From: Promethearchaeia archaeon
GTDB lineage: Archaea; Asgardarchaeota; Lokiarchaeia; Sigyniarchaeales; SOKP01
Length of the DNA stretch: 64,000 nucleotides
Direction of reading: 5' to 3'
NCBI GenBank assembly: GCA_029856125.1
Contig: JAHQWJ010000138.1
Location: 1 to 64,000, forward strand
A program made the translations under genes and the position numbers. Numbering within the stretch: position 1 is the first letter of the stretch; each line of letters begins with the position of its first letter. Below the pieces are notes generated by a model. It saw nothing but the letters and a program-made list of their open reading frames with translations. It was not told the DNA's origin and made no database searches. This document shows, piece after piece, positions 49,282-59,265 of the stretch.

Positions 49282-49580
49282 TGTGTTGGTAGATGATGCG
49301 CATCCGAGTAATTTTATCATCCCATTTTGGTCGACAAAAAAAATTTGAATTTTTATAGCACGATTTTTTTAGTAGTGAATTCCGATCTCCAAAAATGATC
49401 AATTATTGGCATCGATTGGCAATGTTTACCCAAAGTCAAATTAAGTTTCATACTAATCTGGCTAACATCCTTAGCGTAGGAGATTAAAATATTCTTGTTA
49501 ATAAAAAATAGAGTAGAGTATAATATGAGATTTTAAATATTTAATGTTTTAAAGCCTTGTTTCTGATATTATGCTTTATA

Positions 49581-50048
49581 TCATGTGATTTCAAAATTAG
49601 ATACCTTAATAATTTTTGTGATAGGTTTAACAATTGGTATTAACTTATCAAATTCAAAATAAAAAGCGTTCCAGCATTTTTCAAACCTAATTTCAATTAC
49701 TTTTATAAGAGAAAATACGATTTCTTCTTTATAATATTTTAATTCGCTTATTGATTTCGCTAATCGACCTCTTGCGAGGTGTAAAAAATGTCTAGAATTA
49801 TCTACATGCTTTAATTTTCCTTTTGCAACCATGTTATATAATAGTTCCCACGCAGACACGGTACTAGAGTAAATACCGTTTACATCTGAAATCCATAATT
49901 TTTTAGTTACATCGTCCAATTTCTTACGGGAGTTTAAAAAATCTACGATACCATCTTTTATATCCTCGAGTTCTTGGATATAATCTCTAATCTTCCAAAT
50001 CCTCTTTATATCATCTTTTCTATCAATTAATTTTTCTTCGTCACTTAT
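49581..50048 (-). CDS. Hypothetical helical protein (155 aa if started at ATA 50048)
   Basis: The frame stays open and protein-like for 43 codons upstream of the TTG at 49919 (ISDEEKLIDRKDDIKRIWKIRDYIQELEDIK...). SD GGTGA lies 7 nt upstream of the ATA. Confidence 0.68.
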   Translation of the reverse strand: MSDEEKLIDRKDDIKRIWKIRDYIQELEDIKDGIVDFLNSRKKLDDVTKKLWISDVNGIYSSTVSAWELLYNMVAKGKLKHVDNSRHFLHLARGRLAKSISELKYYKEEIVFSLIKVIEIRFEKCWNAFYFEFDKLIPIVKPITKIIKVSNFEIT

Positions 50049-50092
50049 AATTAAATCACCAAGTCTCGGTCAATCAAGAAAAATCCAATGTT

Positions 50093-50554
50093 TTACAATT
50101 CAATTTTTGTTTCGGTAGTAGCTTTTTCTGCGTAAAAGAAACGTCCTGATCCCATAACATCTACATGTCTAAATGTTATCTCGTGATATGTAAACTGTTG
50201 AGACTTAATCTGGTGTCTTAATTTTAATGTTCTCATTTGCTGTTTGGAGTAAGACTCAGTAACTTGTATTATTAATTTTCCTAGCTCTGAAACTAACAAT
50301 TCGTCTTCCGAAGGATAGTATTGGTCAGCATCTGCTCCAATCGCAACATTTCCCGTTCGAATTTCTCCAGGATTATTTTCAGCGGCATTCTTATATTTTA
50401 TAAGATGAGTTACAATAGTTTTTAGATTATTGATACTAGGTTCTCCGATTTCTCCAAGGATTTTATATACTTTGCTTGGCTTTCTAAGGTAATCTTCAAG
50501 TGAGTCCGGAGAAATCTTTGGTCGATAATCAGGAAACATATTTTTTTCGTTCAT
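50093..50554 (-). CDS. Hypothetical protein
   Basis: 153-aa ORF with protein-like composition; no family recognised. Confidence 0.68.
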   Translation of the reverse strand: MNEKNMFPDYRPKISPDSLEDYLRKPSKVYKILGEIGEPSINNLKTIVTHLIKYKNAAENNPGEIRTGNVAIGADADQYYPSEDELLVSELGKLIIQVTESYSKQQMRTLKLRHQIKSQQFTYHEITFRHVDVMGSGRFFYAEKATTETKIEL

Positions 50555-50684
50555 AATTTCTATATTTCAATTCGATAATAAAAATTTCTCTCTATTTATT
50601 ACATAAAGATTTAAAACCAATCGTGATGTATATTCCTAGAATCTAATAGATTTTTAAAGCAATTTAAATAGCAGTTGAAAATCA

Positions 50685-51263
50685 ATGTCATTTGAACAAG
50701 AAAAACAACCACATTATATCTTCAAGATATGTCTGCTGGGTCAAGGAGGTGTAGGAAAAACTTGTATAGCGAGAAGGTTATGCTTTGATACGTTCGATGC
50801 AAACACACGATTAACGATAGGGATTGATTTTTACACCTATGACCTCCCGATTATTGTTGACGGAAAGGAAACATATGTCCGCTTATCTCTTTGGGACTTC
50901 GGTGGACAGGAACAGTTCAAGCAAATGTTTAGTTATTATATTCATGGCGCAAACGGAATATTTATGATTTTTAGCTTGTTCAACCTAAATAGCACTCTAA
51001 TTGGTTTGGATTGGTGGTATGAACATCTCATAAAACAGAAGCAAAGCAAAACTCCAAAGTTACTAGTTGGATGTAAAAGTGATTTAACAAAAAAACTGGA
51101 AAAAGTTGACGAGTTAGTTATAGAAAGCTTTAGGAAAAAACATAATAATGTTGATTTTTTTAAAACTTCTGCTAAGAAAAACTATAACATAAGGGAAATT
51201 TTCGTAGAGATGACCAAGAACATCTTGGATACTCATGGTTTTAAATACGATAAACTGCTCTAA
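50685..51263 (+). CDS. Ras-superfamily (Rab-like) small GTPase
   Basis: GQGGVGKT, TIGIDF, WDFGGQEQF, GCKSD, TSAK. Confidence 0.92.
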   Translation: MSFEQEKQPHYIFKICLLGQGGVGKTCIARRLCFDTFDANTRLTIGIDFYTYDLPIIVDGKETYVRLSLWDFGGQEQFKQMFSYYIHGANGIFMIFSLFNLNSTLIGLDWWYEHLIKQKQSKTPKLLVGCKSDLTKKLEKVDELVIESFRKKHNNVDFFKTSAKKNYNIREIFVEMTKNILDTHGFKYDKLL

Positions 51264-51279
51264 AAAAACTTCTTAATTT

Positions 51280-52236
51280 TTATATTATAACCACAATTAC
51301 TCCTAAGATCGTAGTAAGTACTCCCAAAAAACCGTATTTAGTAATCTTCTCTTTATTCAACCAATATGTTAGTGGAAGTGAAAATAATGGGCTTGCACTA
51401 GCTAATAATGACATCACAATGGCTCCAGCCGTGTGAGCCGCCTCAGTGTATAAATATGCTCCTAAAGAAGTACCAATAATAGATGCTATAAGCAGAATAA
51501 ACCATGTTTTAGAAGGCTTTCTAAATGAGTAAATGTTTTGTTTACTATTCCCAAAATTGTTTTCTCTCCAAACCATTAACAATAAAATCAACAGAGCAAA
51601 TGGAAAGCGAATGACATTACTAATAATCGAACTTATTCCGTTTGTAACTAAGATTTGATCAATTTGATTCGTCACATAATCAATTATGACAAGACCAATA
51701 GCCCATCCAAGCGAAGCAATTAAAGCGTAAACAATCGGGATAAAAGAAGTGTGATAACTTAATTTTTGAGGGTGAATTTCCGAGTCTAGTGGGTTTTTGT
51801 TTTCAGCTTTCATTTTGGATTTCCCTATCACTATGATCCCTAACCCAATAAGAACAATCGATAGAATTATCTTAGATTCAAAAGCACGATTTAGAAAAAT
51901 TAGTGATAGAATAACGGTAAATATAGGAAATGTCATTGATATCGCTAAAGCAAGCGTAGTACCAAGTTCTTTTTGCGCTTTAAAATACGCTGTGTCTCCA
52001 ATTACTTGTCCAAAAAGAAAACTTAGGAAAGTTATTACCCATAAATTCCATGGCAATAAGAATATATACGTAAAAATACCTAAAATAACAGCTAATACTA
52101 TAAATGTTAAAGTTCCAATAGCTGTTCGAAAAAAGTTAATAAAAACAGGGCTAGCATACCGCTCAGTTTTTCGAAAGAGGACATTTGATACTACAAAAGT
52201 TAAGACTGCGAGAATTGCGATTAATTCTCCAGTCAT
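51280..52236 (-). CDS. EamA/DMT-family transporter
   Basis: About 10 TM segments in two repeats; GD..YF.A, P.F...L, KEKIT. Confidence 0.85.
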   Translation of the reverse strand: MTGELIAILAVLTFVVSNVLFRKTERYASPVFINFFRTAIGTLTFIVLAVILGIFTYIFLLPWNLWVITFLSFLFGQVIGDTAYFKAQKELGTTLALAISMTFPIFTVILSLIFLNRAFESKIILSIVLIGLGIIVIGKSKMKAENKNPLDSEIHPQKLSYHTSFIPIVYALIASLGWAIGLVIIDYVTNQIDQILVTNGISSIISNVIRFPFALLILLLMVWRENNFGNSKQNIYSFRKPSKTWFILLIASIIGTSLGAYLYTEAAHTAGAIVMSLLASASPLFSLPLTYWLNKEKITKYGFLGVLTTILGVIVVII

Positions 52237-53690
52237 AAAATTACTTTCCTCTTTTTAGCATATTCGTACAACTTCAAAAACGATCTAGCTGCGCGTTCTA
52301 TTGATTCGTATACCAAAAATCCATCACTTTTTAGTTTATTGGATAAAATCTCCCGGGATTCGCTAGGATACTGTGGCAATATAATCACAAATATTTTATC
52401 TAAAGATTCTGCATGCTTCCTAATTCCAAGTAAATTGATATAAAAATTCTTAAATTTATCATCCTCCAAATCCCTCCAAGCATCAGTTACTATCATTACT
52501 AAATCGATCGTATCATCTATTGCTGCCTTACAGACTTCCAAATAGACCTTACTTGAAATAATCCAAGGCATATCTAAAGGATTAGATAAACTCCCAACCC
52601 TAATAGGGTATATCTGTTTTAGTGCCTCTAACTTTTTTCCTGATATAATCGGTAGGCTCAAACCTAATTCAGTTAAAATATCAGTAGCTAAAATTCCAAA
52701 ACCTCCAGACCATAAAACTACTAAAACATTTTTATATTTAGGATACTCTATCTCTTTTTTTCTTTCTTTATAATTTTGTATATTCGTGGAAAATAAGTAA
52801 GTATAATCAATTAGCTCATCTAAAGATGGTGGAACGTCAATAATTGGTGTCTGTTTGAATATTGCTTTCCAAATATTAGCTTTTGAAGCCAAGGAGCCCG
52901 TGTGAGTTAAAACTGCTGCCTGACCTCTCTCAGTTCTTCCTCCGCGCATAAAGAGTACGGGTTTCTTCATATTTTTTAAAACTTCTAAGAGCCTTCTTCC
53001 CTCATTTTTTTGTAAAACAGGCAAACCCTCGAAGTAAACGCAAATCACTTGCGTTTCATTGTCATTATTTAAGTATTGTAAGAATTCAGAAACTTGAATA
53101 TCAACGCAGTTTCCTACGCTTGCCCCTTTCGAAAATCTTAAATTGTATCTTCGAGTACCAAATTTAACCATCTTAGAATGTAAATCTCCGGACTGAAAGA
53201 TTAATCCTACATCCCCATTTTCTGTAGGAAAAGAGGAGTAATATGCTATTTTTCCTCGTGGGCAATACAAACCCATACAATTTGGACCTATGCTTCTCGT
53301 AGAGGGATAGGCATTAAGGATTTCTTTAATTTTCCTTTCAATAATAGCACCTTTTTCGTCAAATTCTCCAGTGCCCGCTGTAAAAATATGAATAAACTTA
53401 ATTGTCTTACGGGATAATATATATGATAATTCCTTAATCAAATTGTCTCTTCTAACGGATAAAATAACGAGATCGATCGAATCAACAGGAACATCATCAA
53501 CAGATTTTAAACATTTTAAGCCTAAAATTTCTTCAACTTTAGTAGAAACGAGATAGAGATTTTCCAAATTGTATCCTTGTCTAATAAATCCATCTACAAA
53601 AAAAGAAATTTTGGGCTTTGCATCATATATTAGGACATTTTTTGGTTTAAACAATCGTTCAAATGACATTTCTTCATTTCTTACTTCCAA
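52233..53690 (-). CDS. Acyl-CoA synthetase (ADP-forming) alpha-subunit-like CoA-binding protein
   Basis: LFKPK, IGPNCMG, QSG, SVGN..D, YFEG, phospho-His motif THTGSLA, SGG.G, NPLD. Confidence 0.82.
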   Translation of the reverse strand: MEVRNEEMSFERLFKPKNVLIYDAKPKISFFVDGFIRQGYNLENLYLVSTKVEEILGLKCLKSVDDVPVDSIDLVILSVRRDNLIKELSYILSRKTIKFIHIFTAGTGEFDEKGAIIERKIKEILNAYPSTRSIGPNCMGLYCPRGKIAYYSSFPTENGDVGLIFQSGDLHSKMVKFGTRRYNLRFSKGASVGNCVDIQVSEFLQYLNNDNETQVICVYFEGLPVLQKNEGRRLLEVLKNMKKPVLFMRGGRTERGQAAVLTHTGSLASKANIWKAIFKQTPIIDVPPSLDELIDYTYLFSTNIQNYKERKKEIEYPKYKNVLVVLWSGGFGILATDILTELGLSLPIISGKKLEALKQIYPIRVGSLSNPLDMPWIISSKVYLEVCKAAIDDTIDLVMIVTDAWRDLEDDKFKNFYINLLGIRKHAESLDKIFVIILPQYPSESREILSNKLKSDGFLVYESIERAARSFLKLYEYAKKRKVIL

Positions 53691-54285
53691 TTATTTCCCC
53701 TAATTCTTCTTTTAAATAAGTATTACAGTTATAACAATATTTTGGTTTTGAATCGAATTTAGCTCCACATTGAGGGCATTCTGATCTATTTTTTAATTCG
53801 ATATCCATTATATCTACTTTCTTCTCTTCATTTCTAATTAATTTTAAGAGTAAAGATAATCCTATGGAAACTATTACGAGTGTAATCGCTAGCGCGATAG
53901 TTTCGACTAAAAAAGTTGGGAAAATAGAGTTAAATGATGTTATTGAATACCTCCAATAGAAAACATAAAAAAAGAAATTAGGAAAAAAGAACGTTGTTAA
54001 ATTCATTGAATAAACTTTTCTGAAATTGTTAAAAATTAGAATAGGTAATAACGATACAATTACCCATGTAATGTTTATGAATAAAAAACCATGAATTGTG
54101 TTATATAAAATAATGTTTGCAAGAAATTGGATAATAAATTGTTGTTCCCCTGCTCTAGGGTCAATACTCAAATCAAAATTAATTTGAATCCGATAGTTGA
54201 ATATCGCGCTAGATATCAGTAAAATCAATATTTGAATGCAGAATACCATTAATTTACTTTTAAATAGCGACTTTATCTTCATCAT
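53674..54285 (-). CDS. Membrane protein with C-terminal zinc ribbon
   Basis: About 4 TM segments followed by CPQCG...PKYCYNC. Confidence 0.7.
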   Translation of the reverse strand: MMKIKSLFKSKLMVFCIQILILLISSAIFNYRIQINFDLSIDPRAGEQQFIIQFLANIILYNTIHGFLFINITWVIVSLLPILIFNNFRKVYSMNLTTFFFPNFFFYVFYWRYSITSFNSIFPTFLVETIALAITLVIVSIGLSLLLKLIRNEEKKVDIMDIELKNRSECPQCGAKFDSKPKYCYNCNTYLKEELGEIIGSKK

Positions 54286-54293
54286 TGCTTGAG

Positions 54294-54344
54294 CTATAAA
54301 ATAAACTACTTGATATACATCTATAAAATAAACTACTTGATATA
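54294..54344. repeat. Direct repeat, 2 x 24 bp (CTATAAAATAAACTACTTGATATA), period 27, upstream of rpoA1
   Basis: Exact copies at 54294-54317 and 54321-54344. Confidence 0.88.
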
Positions 54345-54462
54345 AAGTAAATAGAAAAATTTTTAATATTTGTTTATTTATTCTCTTTATAGTGCAGAAC
54401 TTGTTAACTTATTCTTTATTGTTTTATTGTATTAATTCAAAAATTGAGGTTATTTTAGATTT

Positions 54463-57435
54463 ATGAGTTATTCATTCAGTCGAACTAAATTAGTTGAAAA
54501 AATTAAATTCGGATTATTAAGTCCCGATGAAATTAGAAAAATGTCTGCTGCCAGGATAATTACAGCAGATACTTACGATGAAGATGGTTTACCTATTCCC
54601 AGTGGCCTTATGGATCAACGGTTAGGGACTATAGAGCCGGGACAGAGGTGTCAGACTTGTGGTAACCTTGTTAGTAATTGTATGGGGCACTTTGGTCATA
54701 TAGAATTAGCAAGGCCCGTTATTCATGTCGGCTATTCGAAAAAAGTCCTTAAAGTCCTAAGAAGCATCTGTCCTGAATGTTCAAGGTTAATGTTAACAGA
54801 TGAAGAAATGGAAACATTTCGGCAAGGACAAATGAAGCACCGTAGAATTTTCTTTGAAGATGATGAAGAAGCTACAAAGAATGTGTTTAAACAGGCAAGA
54901 AAAAGTAAAATTTGTCCGTATTGTGGTGCAAAAAAGAAAAAAATTGTAATAGAAAAACCTACTACTTTTTATGAAGAAGAAGAAACTAAGGGCTCTCGAA
55001 GGATTACTCCTATTGAAATACTAGAACGTCTTAAAAAAATGACAGACAACGACCTTAGGATTTTAGGAGTATCCCCTGAAAATGCGAGACTTGAATGGGT
55101 AATATTTACAGTATTACCAATTCCACCTGTTTGTGCTCGACCTTCTATTACGTTAGATAGTGGAATTAGATCTGAAGATGATTTAACTCACAAGTTAGTT
55201 GATGTTATTCGTATTAACCAAAGACTTAGAGAAAATATTGATGCAGGCGCACCTCATCTAATCGTTGAGGATTTATGGGAATTACTTCAGTATCATATTA
55301 CAACTTATTTCGATAATCAGGTTTCTGGAATTCCACCAGCGAGACATCGATCAGGGAGAGCGTTAAGAACTCTTACACAAAGATTAAAAGGGAAGGAAGG
55401 AAGGTTTAGAAGCAACTTAAGTGGAAAAAGAGTTGATTTTTCCGCACGCTCTGTAATTTCTCCAAACCCTTTCATTAGCATTAATGATGTAGGTGTACCA
55501 ATGGAAATTGCTAAAATTTTAACTATACCTACAAATATAAACGATTGGAACATCGAAGAAATGAAACAACTCGTTCTTAATGGACCCTTTCATCATCCAG
55601 GAGCAAATTACATAATTAGAAGCGATCGTAGAAGGATAGATTTACGATACGTCAAGAATCGTAAAATAATTTCAGAAATGCTTGCTCCAGGATATACCGT
55701 TGAACGGCATTTAGCTGATGGTGATTTGGTTTTGTTTAATCGACAACCATCCCTTCATAGAATGTCTATTATGGCTCACGAGGTTAAAATAATGGATGGT
55801 CGAACTTTTAGGTTAAATTTAACGGTTTGCCCACCTTATAACGCCGACTTTGATGGTGATGAGATGAACTTGCATGTCCCACAAAGCGAAGAGGCTCGAA
55901 CTGAAGCCGAACTGCTACTGAAAGTGCAAAATCATATATTATCTCCGAGATTTGGCGGTCCAATTCTGGGAGGAATTCAAGACTTTATTTCCTCTGTTTT
56001 CCAATTTACTAGTTTAGACTCACTTTATAACAGAAAAGACGCGTTAAAATTACTTTATATGGGGGATGTCTTTACTACTAAACCAGAATTTAGTTTAGAC
56101 GATGTTACTCCAATTAAAACCGATCCTGAGAAATATTACTCGGGAAAGCAAATTTTTAGCACTCTTTTTCCGAACGATTTGAATATAAAAGTAAAATCGA
56201 AATTTTGTAAAAAATGTGAAGTTTGTAAGGAAGAAGGTTGTGAATACGATGCTTATGTGGTAATTAAAAACGGTATTCTTATAACGGGAACTATTGACGA
56301 AAACTCATTCGGTGCTATGCAATCTAATAGTATTCTACAGCGTGTAATTAAGGATCATGGAAACGCGCGAGGAAGAGAATTTTTAGACAACGCCACAAAA
56401 ATGTTATTGTACGTTATTCGTCAGAATGGAATGACTATGGGATTGGATGAAGTTTATGTCTATGGTGAAGCTTATGACAAAATTCTGAAAATTTTAAAAG
56501 ATGTTGATATTGAAGCAAAAAAACTTATCAAAGCGTATAGAGAAGATGACACAACGGTTTTGAGAAGAGCCCCCGGACGTTCTATGCGCGAAACACTTGA
56601 ACTTAGAATACGACAAATATTAGCAGAAGCGAGAAAAATGGCAGAAGAAACCGCAGCTCACCATATTGGAGACGAAGCTCATTCAGTAATTATGACAAAG
56701 TCGGGAGCAAGAGGAAACATCTTAAATTTAGGACAAATGTCCGCTGTAGTAGGCCAACAGGCAATAAGAGGTGAAAGAATCAATAGAGGATATAGTTCAA
56801 GAACTCTTCCACATTTTAAACAAGACGACTTAACACCTAAAGCAAGAGGTTTTGTTGAGAGTTCTTACCGAAAAGGACTAAATCCCGAAGAATTCTTTTT
56901 TCATGCTATGGGTGGTCGAGAAGGTTTAGTAGATACTGCTGTTCGTACCTCTACTAGTGGGTATATGCAAAGACGGTTGGTAAACGCTTTACAAGACATG
57001 ATTGTCGAAAATGATGGGACTGTAAGAAATAGTGATAAAAATATTATCCAATTCCACTATGGTGACGATGGTATAGATCCTATGCATACCGATCATTCTG
57101 ATGCGGTAAACCTTGATGTTCTTCTGCTCAAAGCTAAAGCACTTGATTTAAACGAAATTCGTGAGGAAATCAAAAAAAATCCAAAACCTAAAGTTACATC
57201 TAAAACAACAACAACCAAAAAACCTTCCGCTAAAAAACCTCCCGCTAAAAAACCTACACCTAAAAAACCTATCAAGAATTCACCTGAAAAACAAGAAAAA
57301 GCAGATAAGAAAGATCAAGCGCTCAGTGAAGAAGAATTGAGGGAATTGTATAACACAGAGACAGGTAAAAACGCAGAATGGAGAGGGAAGCTCACAAAAG
57401 GATATTTAGAGTGGAAAAAAGAAAGATTAGGATAA
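54463..57435 (+). CDS. rpoA1: DNA-directed RNA polymerase subunit A' (Rpo1N) with C-terminal extension
   Basis: CQTC...C.GHFGHIELA, GKEGRFR.NL.GKRVDF, catalytic YNADFDGDEMNLH, GGREGLVDTAVRT..SGYMQRRL. Confidence 0.98.
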   Translation: MSYSFSRTKLVEKIKFGLLSPDEIRKMSAARIITADTYDEDGLPIPSGLMDQRLGTIEPGQRCQTCGNLVSNCMGHFGHIELARPVIHVGYSKKVLKVLRSICPECSRLMLTDEEMETFRQGQMKHRRIFFEDDEEATKNVFKQARKSKICPYCGAKKKKIVIEKPTTFYEEEETKGSRRITPIEILERLKKMTDNDLRILGVSPENARLEWVIFTVLPIPPVCARPSITLDSGIRSEDDLTHKLVDVIRINQRLRENIDAGAPHLIVEDLWELLQYHITTYFDNQVSGIPPARHRSGRALRTLTQRLKGKEGRFRSNLSGKRVDFSARSVISPNPFISINDVGVPMEIAKILTIPTNINDWNIEEMKQLVLNGPFHHPGANYIIRSDRRRIDLRYVKNRKIISEMLAPGYTVERHLADGDLVLFNRQPSLHRMSIMAHEVKIMDGRTFRLNLTVCPPYNADFDGDEMNLHVPQSEEARTEAELLLKVQNHILSPRFGGPILGGIQDFISSVFQFTSLDSLYNRKDALKLLYMGDVFTTKPEFSLDDVTPIKTDPEKYYSGKQIFSTLFPNDLNIKVKSKFCKKCEVCKEEGCEYDAYVVIKNGILITGTIDENSFGAMQSNSILQRVIKDHGNARGREFLDNATKMLLYVIRQNGMTMGLDEVYVYGEAYDKILKILKDVDIEAKKLIKAYREDDTTVLRRAPGRSMRETLELRIRQILAEARKMAEETAAHHIGDEAHSVIMTKSGARGNILNLGQMSAVVGQQAIRGERINRGYSSRTLPHFKQDDLTPKARGFVESSYRKGLNPEEFFFHAMGGREGLVDTAVRTSTSGYMQRRLVNALQDMIVENDGTVRNSDKNIIQFHYGDDGIDPMHTDHSDAVNLDVLLLKAKALDLNEIREEIKKNPKPKVTSKTTTTKKPSAKKPPAKKPTPKKPIKNSPEKQEKADKKDQALSEEELRELYNTETGKNAEWRGKLTKGYLEWKKERLG
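57217..57270 (+). repeat. In-frame 15-bp repeat encoding KKPSA-KKPPA-KKPTP-KKP
   Basis: Three AAAAAACCT-nCn-nCT units plus a fourth AAAAAACCT. Confidence 0.85.
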
Positions 57436-57464
57436 TTTATTAAATTTTATAAAGGTCAAATGAA

Positions 57465-58673
57465 ATGGCAAAAGTAACTCAAGAAATTTTAGAGGAAAAC
57501 TTAGAAATACTCAAAGAAGATGGTATTCCCAACGATCTCATTAACAGAATCAGAAACCGCGTCAAAGATGAAGATCTTGAAGAAGAACAGCTAGAATACC
57601 TCTTAAACAAGATTTATATTAATTTTAATAATGCTATTGTCGAAACTCATGAACCTGTTGGAACAGTAGCAGCTCAAAGTATTGGAGAACCCGGAACACA
57701 AATGACTTTAAGAACATTTCACTACGCGGGCGTAGAAGAATTCTCAGTAACCCAAGGTCTTCCTAGACTCATAGAAATCGTAGATGCTCGACGTTTTCCA
57801 AGTACACCTCAACAAACAATTTATTTAGAAGAACCGTATAATCAAAGCGAAGAAAAGGCTATTGAAGTTCACAAAAGAATCGAACAAATTCGCATTGAAC
57901 AAATAACTCATGATGTCGACTTAGACTTTGTCAACTGGAACATCATCATCAACTTAATACCCGAAATCTGTGAGAAACGCGGTATCGATATTGAAGCTAT
58001 TCCTGAAATATTGAAACGTTACAAAAAGAAGGGAACAATCAAACGCGAAGGTAATTCTATAATTATTGATCCTCAGATTGAAGATATTCAAAATCTGCAA
58101 AAATTAAGAGAAAAGATACTTAAAAAAGTAGTTAAAGGTGTACGTGGTATTAAAAGAGGTTTACTAACACCAACAGACGATAAAAAGGAATGGGTTATTA
58201 AAACTGAAGGGACAAATATGCACGGCGTCGTTCAAATCGAAGGAGTAGATACTACTAGGACTGTGTCAAATCATATTCATGAAATCGAAAAACTCTATGG
58301 AATCGAGGCAGCTCGAAACATGATAATTAAAGAGGCTCAAAAAGTTTTAGAACAACAAGGTTTAGATGTTGATAAAAGGCACCTCCTTATTTTATCCGAT
58401 TTAATGTGCGTAGAAGGCTCAATTCAATCAATTGGAAGGCATGGAATTTCAGGTTCTAAATCAAGTGTATTTGCCAGAGCAGCGTTTGAGGTCACAGTAA
58501 ATCAATTACTAGATGCAGGACTGTATGGCGAAGAAGAGAAATTACTTGGAATTCCCGAAAATGTTATCATAGGTCAGATATCTCCCATAGGCACGGGTCG
58601 TGTAAATGTCATGTTCGACTTGGATGCTAACCTCGAAATATTAAATCAATTAAAAAAACCCGAGAATACATAA
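57465..58673 (+). CDS. rpoA2: DNA-directed RNA polymerase subunit A'' (Rpo1C)
   Basis: [53 protein letters not shown]...GTG. Confidence 0.98.
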   Translation: MAKVTQEILEENLEILKEDGIPNDLINRIRNRVKDEDLEEEQLEYLLNKIYINFNNAIVETHEPVGTVAAQSIGEPGTQMTLRTFHYAGVEEFSVTQGLPRLIEIVDARRFPSTPQQTIYLEEPYNQSEEKAIEVHKRIEQIRIEQITHDVDLDFVNWNIIINLIPEICEKRGIDIEAIPEILKRYKKKGTIKREGNSIIIDPQIEDIQNLQKLREKILKKVVKGVRGIKRGLLTPTDDKKEWVIKTEGTNMHGVVQIEGVDTTRTVSNHIHEIEKLYGIEAARNMIIKEAQKVLEQQGLDVDKRHLLILSDLMCVEGSIQSIGRHGISGSKSSVFARAAFEVTVNQLLDAGLYGEEEKLLGIPENVIIGQISPIGTGRVNVMFDLDANLEILNQLKKPENT

Positions 58674-58877
58674 AATAGGCATACAGCACGGATTACAATC
58701 CTAACCAATGGTTTTAACGCTTTTTAAACCCAATACTAAAAAAAGATAAGTTAAATGGCAATACTAATTTGAAGTTGCTTGAAAACAAGAAATAGGAGAA
58801 CATGCGATAAAAATTTAAATTATTGTGTATTTTTTTTATTACATTATTTTTGATTTTTAAAACTGACACAACAAGTT

Positions 58878-59258
58878 ATGACGATGGCAAGGAAAAACAA
58901 AAAGATAAGCGATACAATCGACTTATCCCGAAAGAAAGTAAAAGAATTCGATATTGATACGAATATAAAAGTTGCTTATAAGACCGGTAAAATGATTTTT
59001 GGTAAAACCCAAGTCTTAAGGCAACTAAGACAAGATCCTTTTAAGATGATTATTATCGCAAATAACTGTCCAGCCGAATTGGAAGCCCAATTAAGTTATT
59101 ATAATTCTCTTATAAAAAGCAACATATATATACACAAATATAAAGGTTCTTCGTGGGATCTAGGGTTAGCGATGGGCAAACCTTACATGATCTCCGTTAT
59201 CGGAATCAACGATTTTGGAGATTCGGATCTAATAACTTTGAAGGATAAAAATAATTAA
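58878..59258 (+). CDS. rpl30e: 50S ribosomal protein L30e
   Basis: KTGK..FG, IIIANNCP, LG...GKPY.IS...I...GDS; synteny. Confidence 0.92.
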   Translation: MTMARKNKKISDTIDLSRKKVKEFDIDTNIKVAYKTGKMIFGKTQVLRQLRQDPFKMIIIANNCPAELEAQLSYYNSLIKSNIYIHKYKGSSWDLGLAMGKPYMISVIGINDFGDSDLITLKDKNN

Positions 59259-59265
59259 AGACTAA

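Larger units (their letters stand above)
47813..49556. repeat. Diverged tandem duplication of an ~700-bp histone locus (about 47813-48499 and 48836-49556)
   Basis: Terminator, CDS, 5' leader, TATA box and upstream blocks (ATCCGAGTAATTTTATCATCC, TGGTCGACAAAAA, AAATATTCTTGTTA...TATAATATGAGA) are collinear in both copies. Confidence 0.92.

Noticed and set aside
54294-54344. CRISPR array (also considered for 19334-19371)
   Set aside because: Only two units, no spacers of CRISPR length, and no cas genes.
58674-58877. Structured leader or ncRNA upstream of rpl30e (short hairpins GGATT/AATCC and GGTTT/AAACC)
   Set aside because: The stems are short and AT-rich, and I could not identify a K-turn or any known RNA motif.
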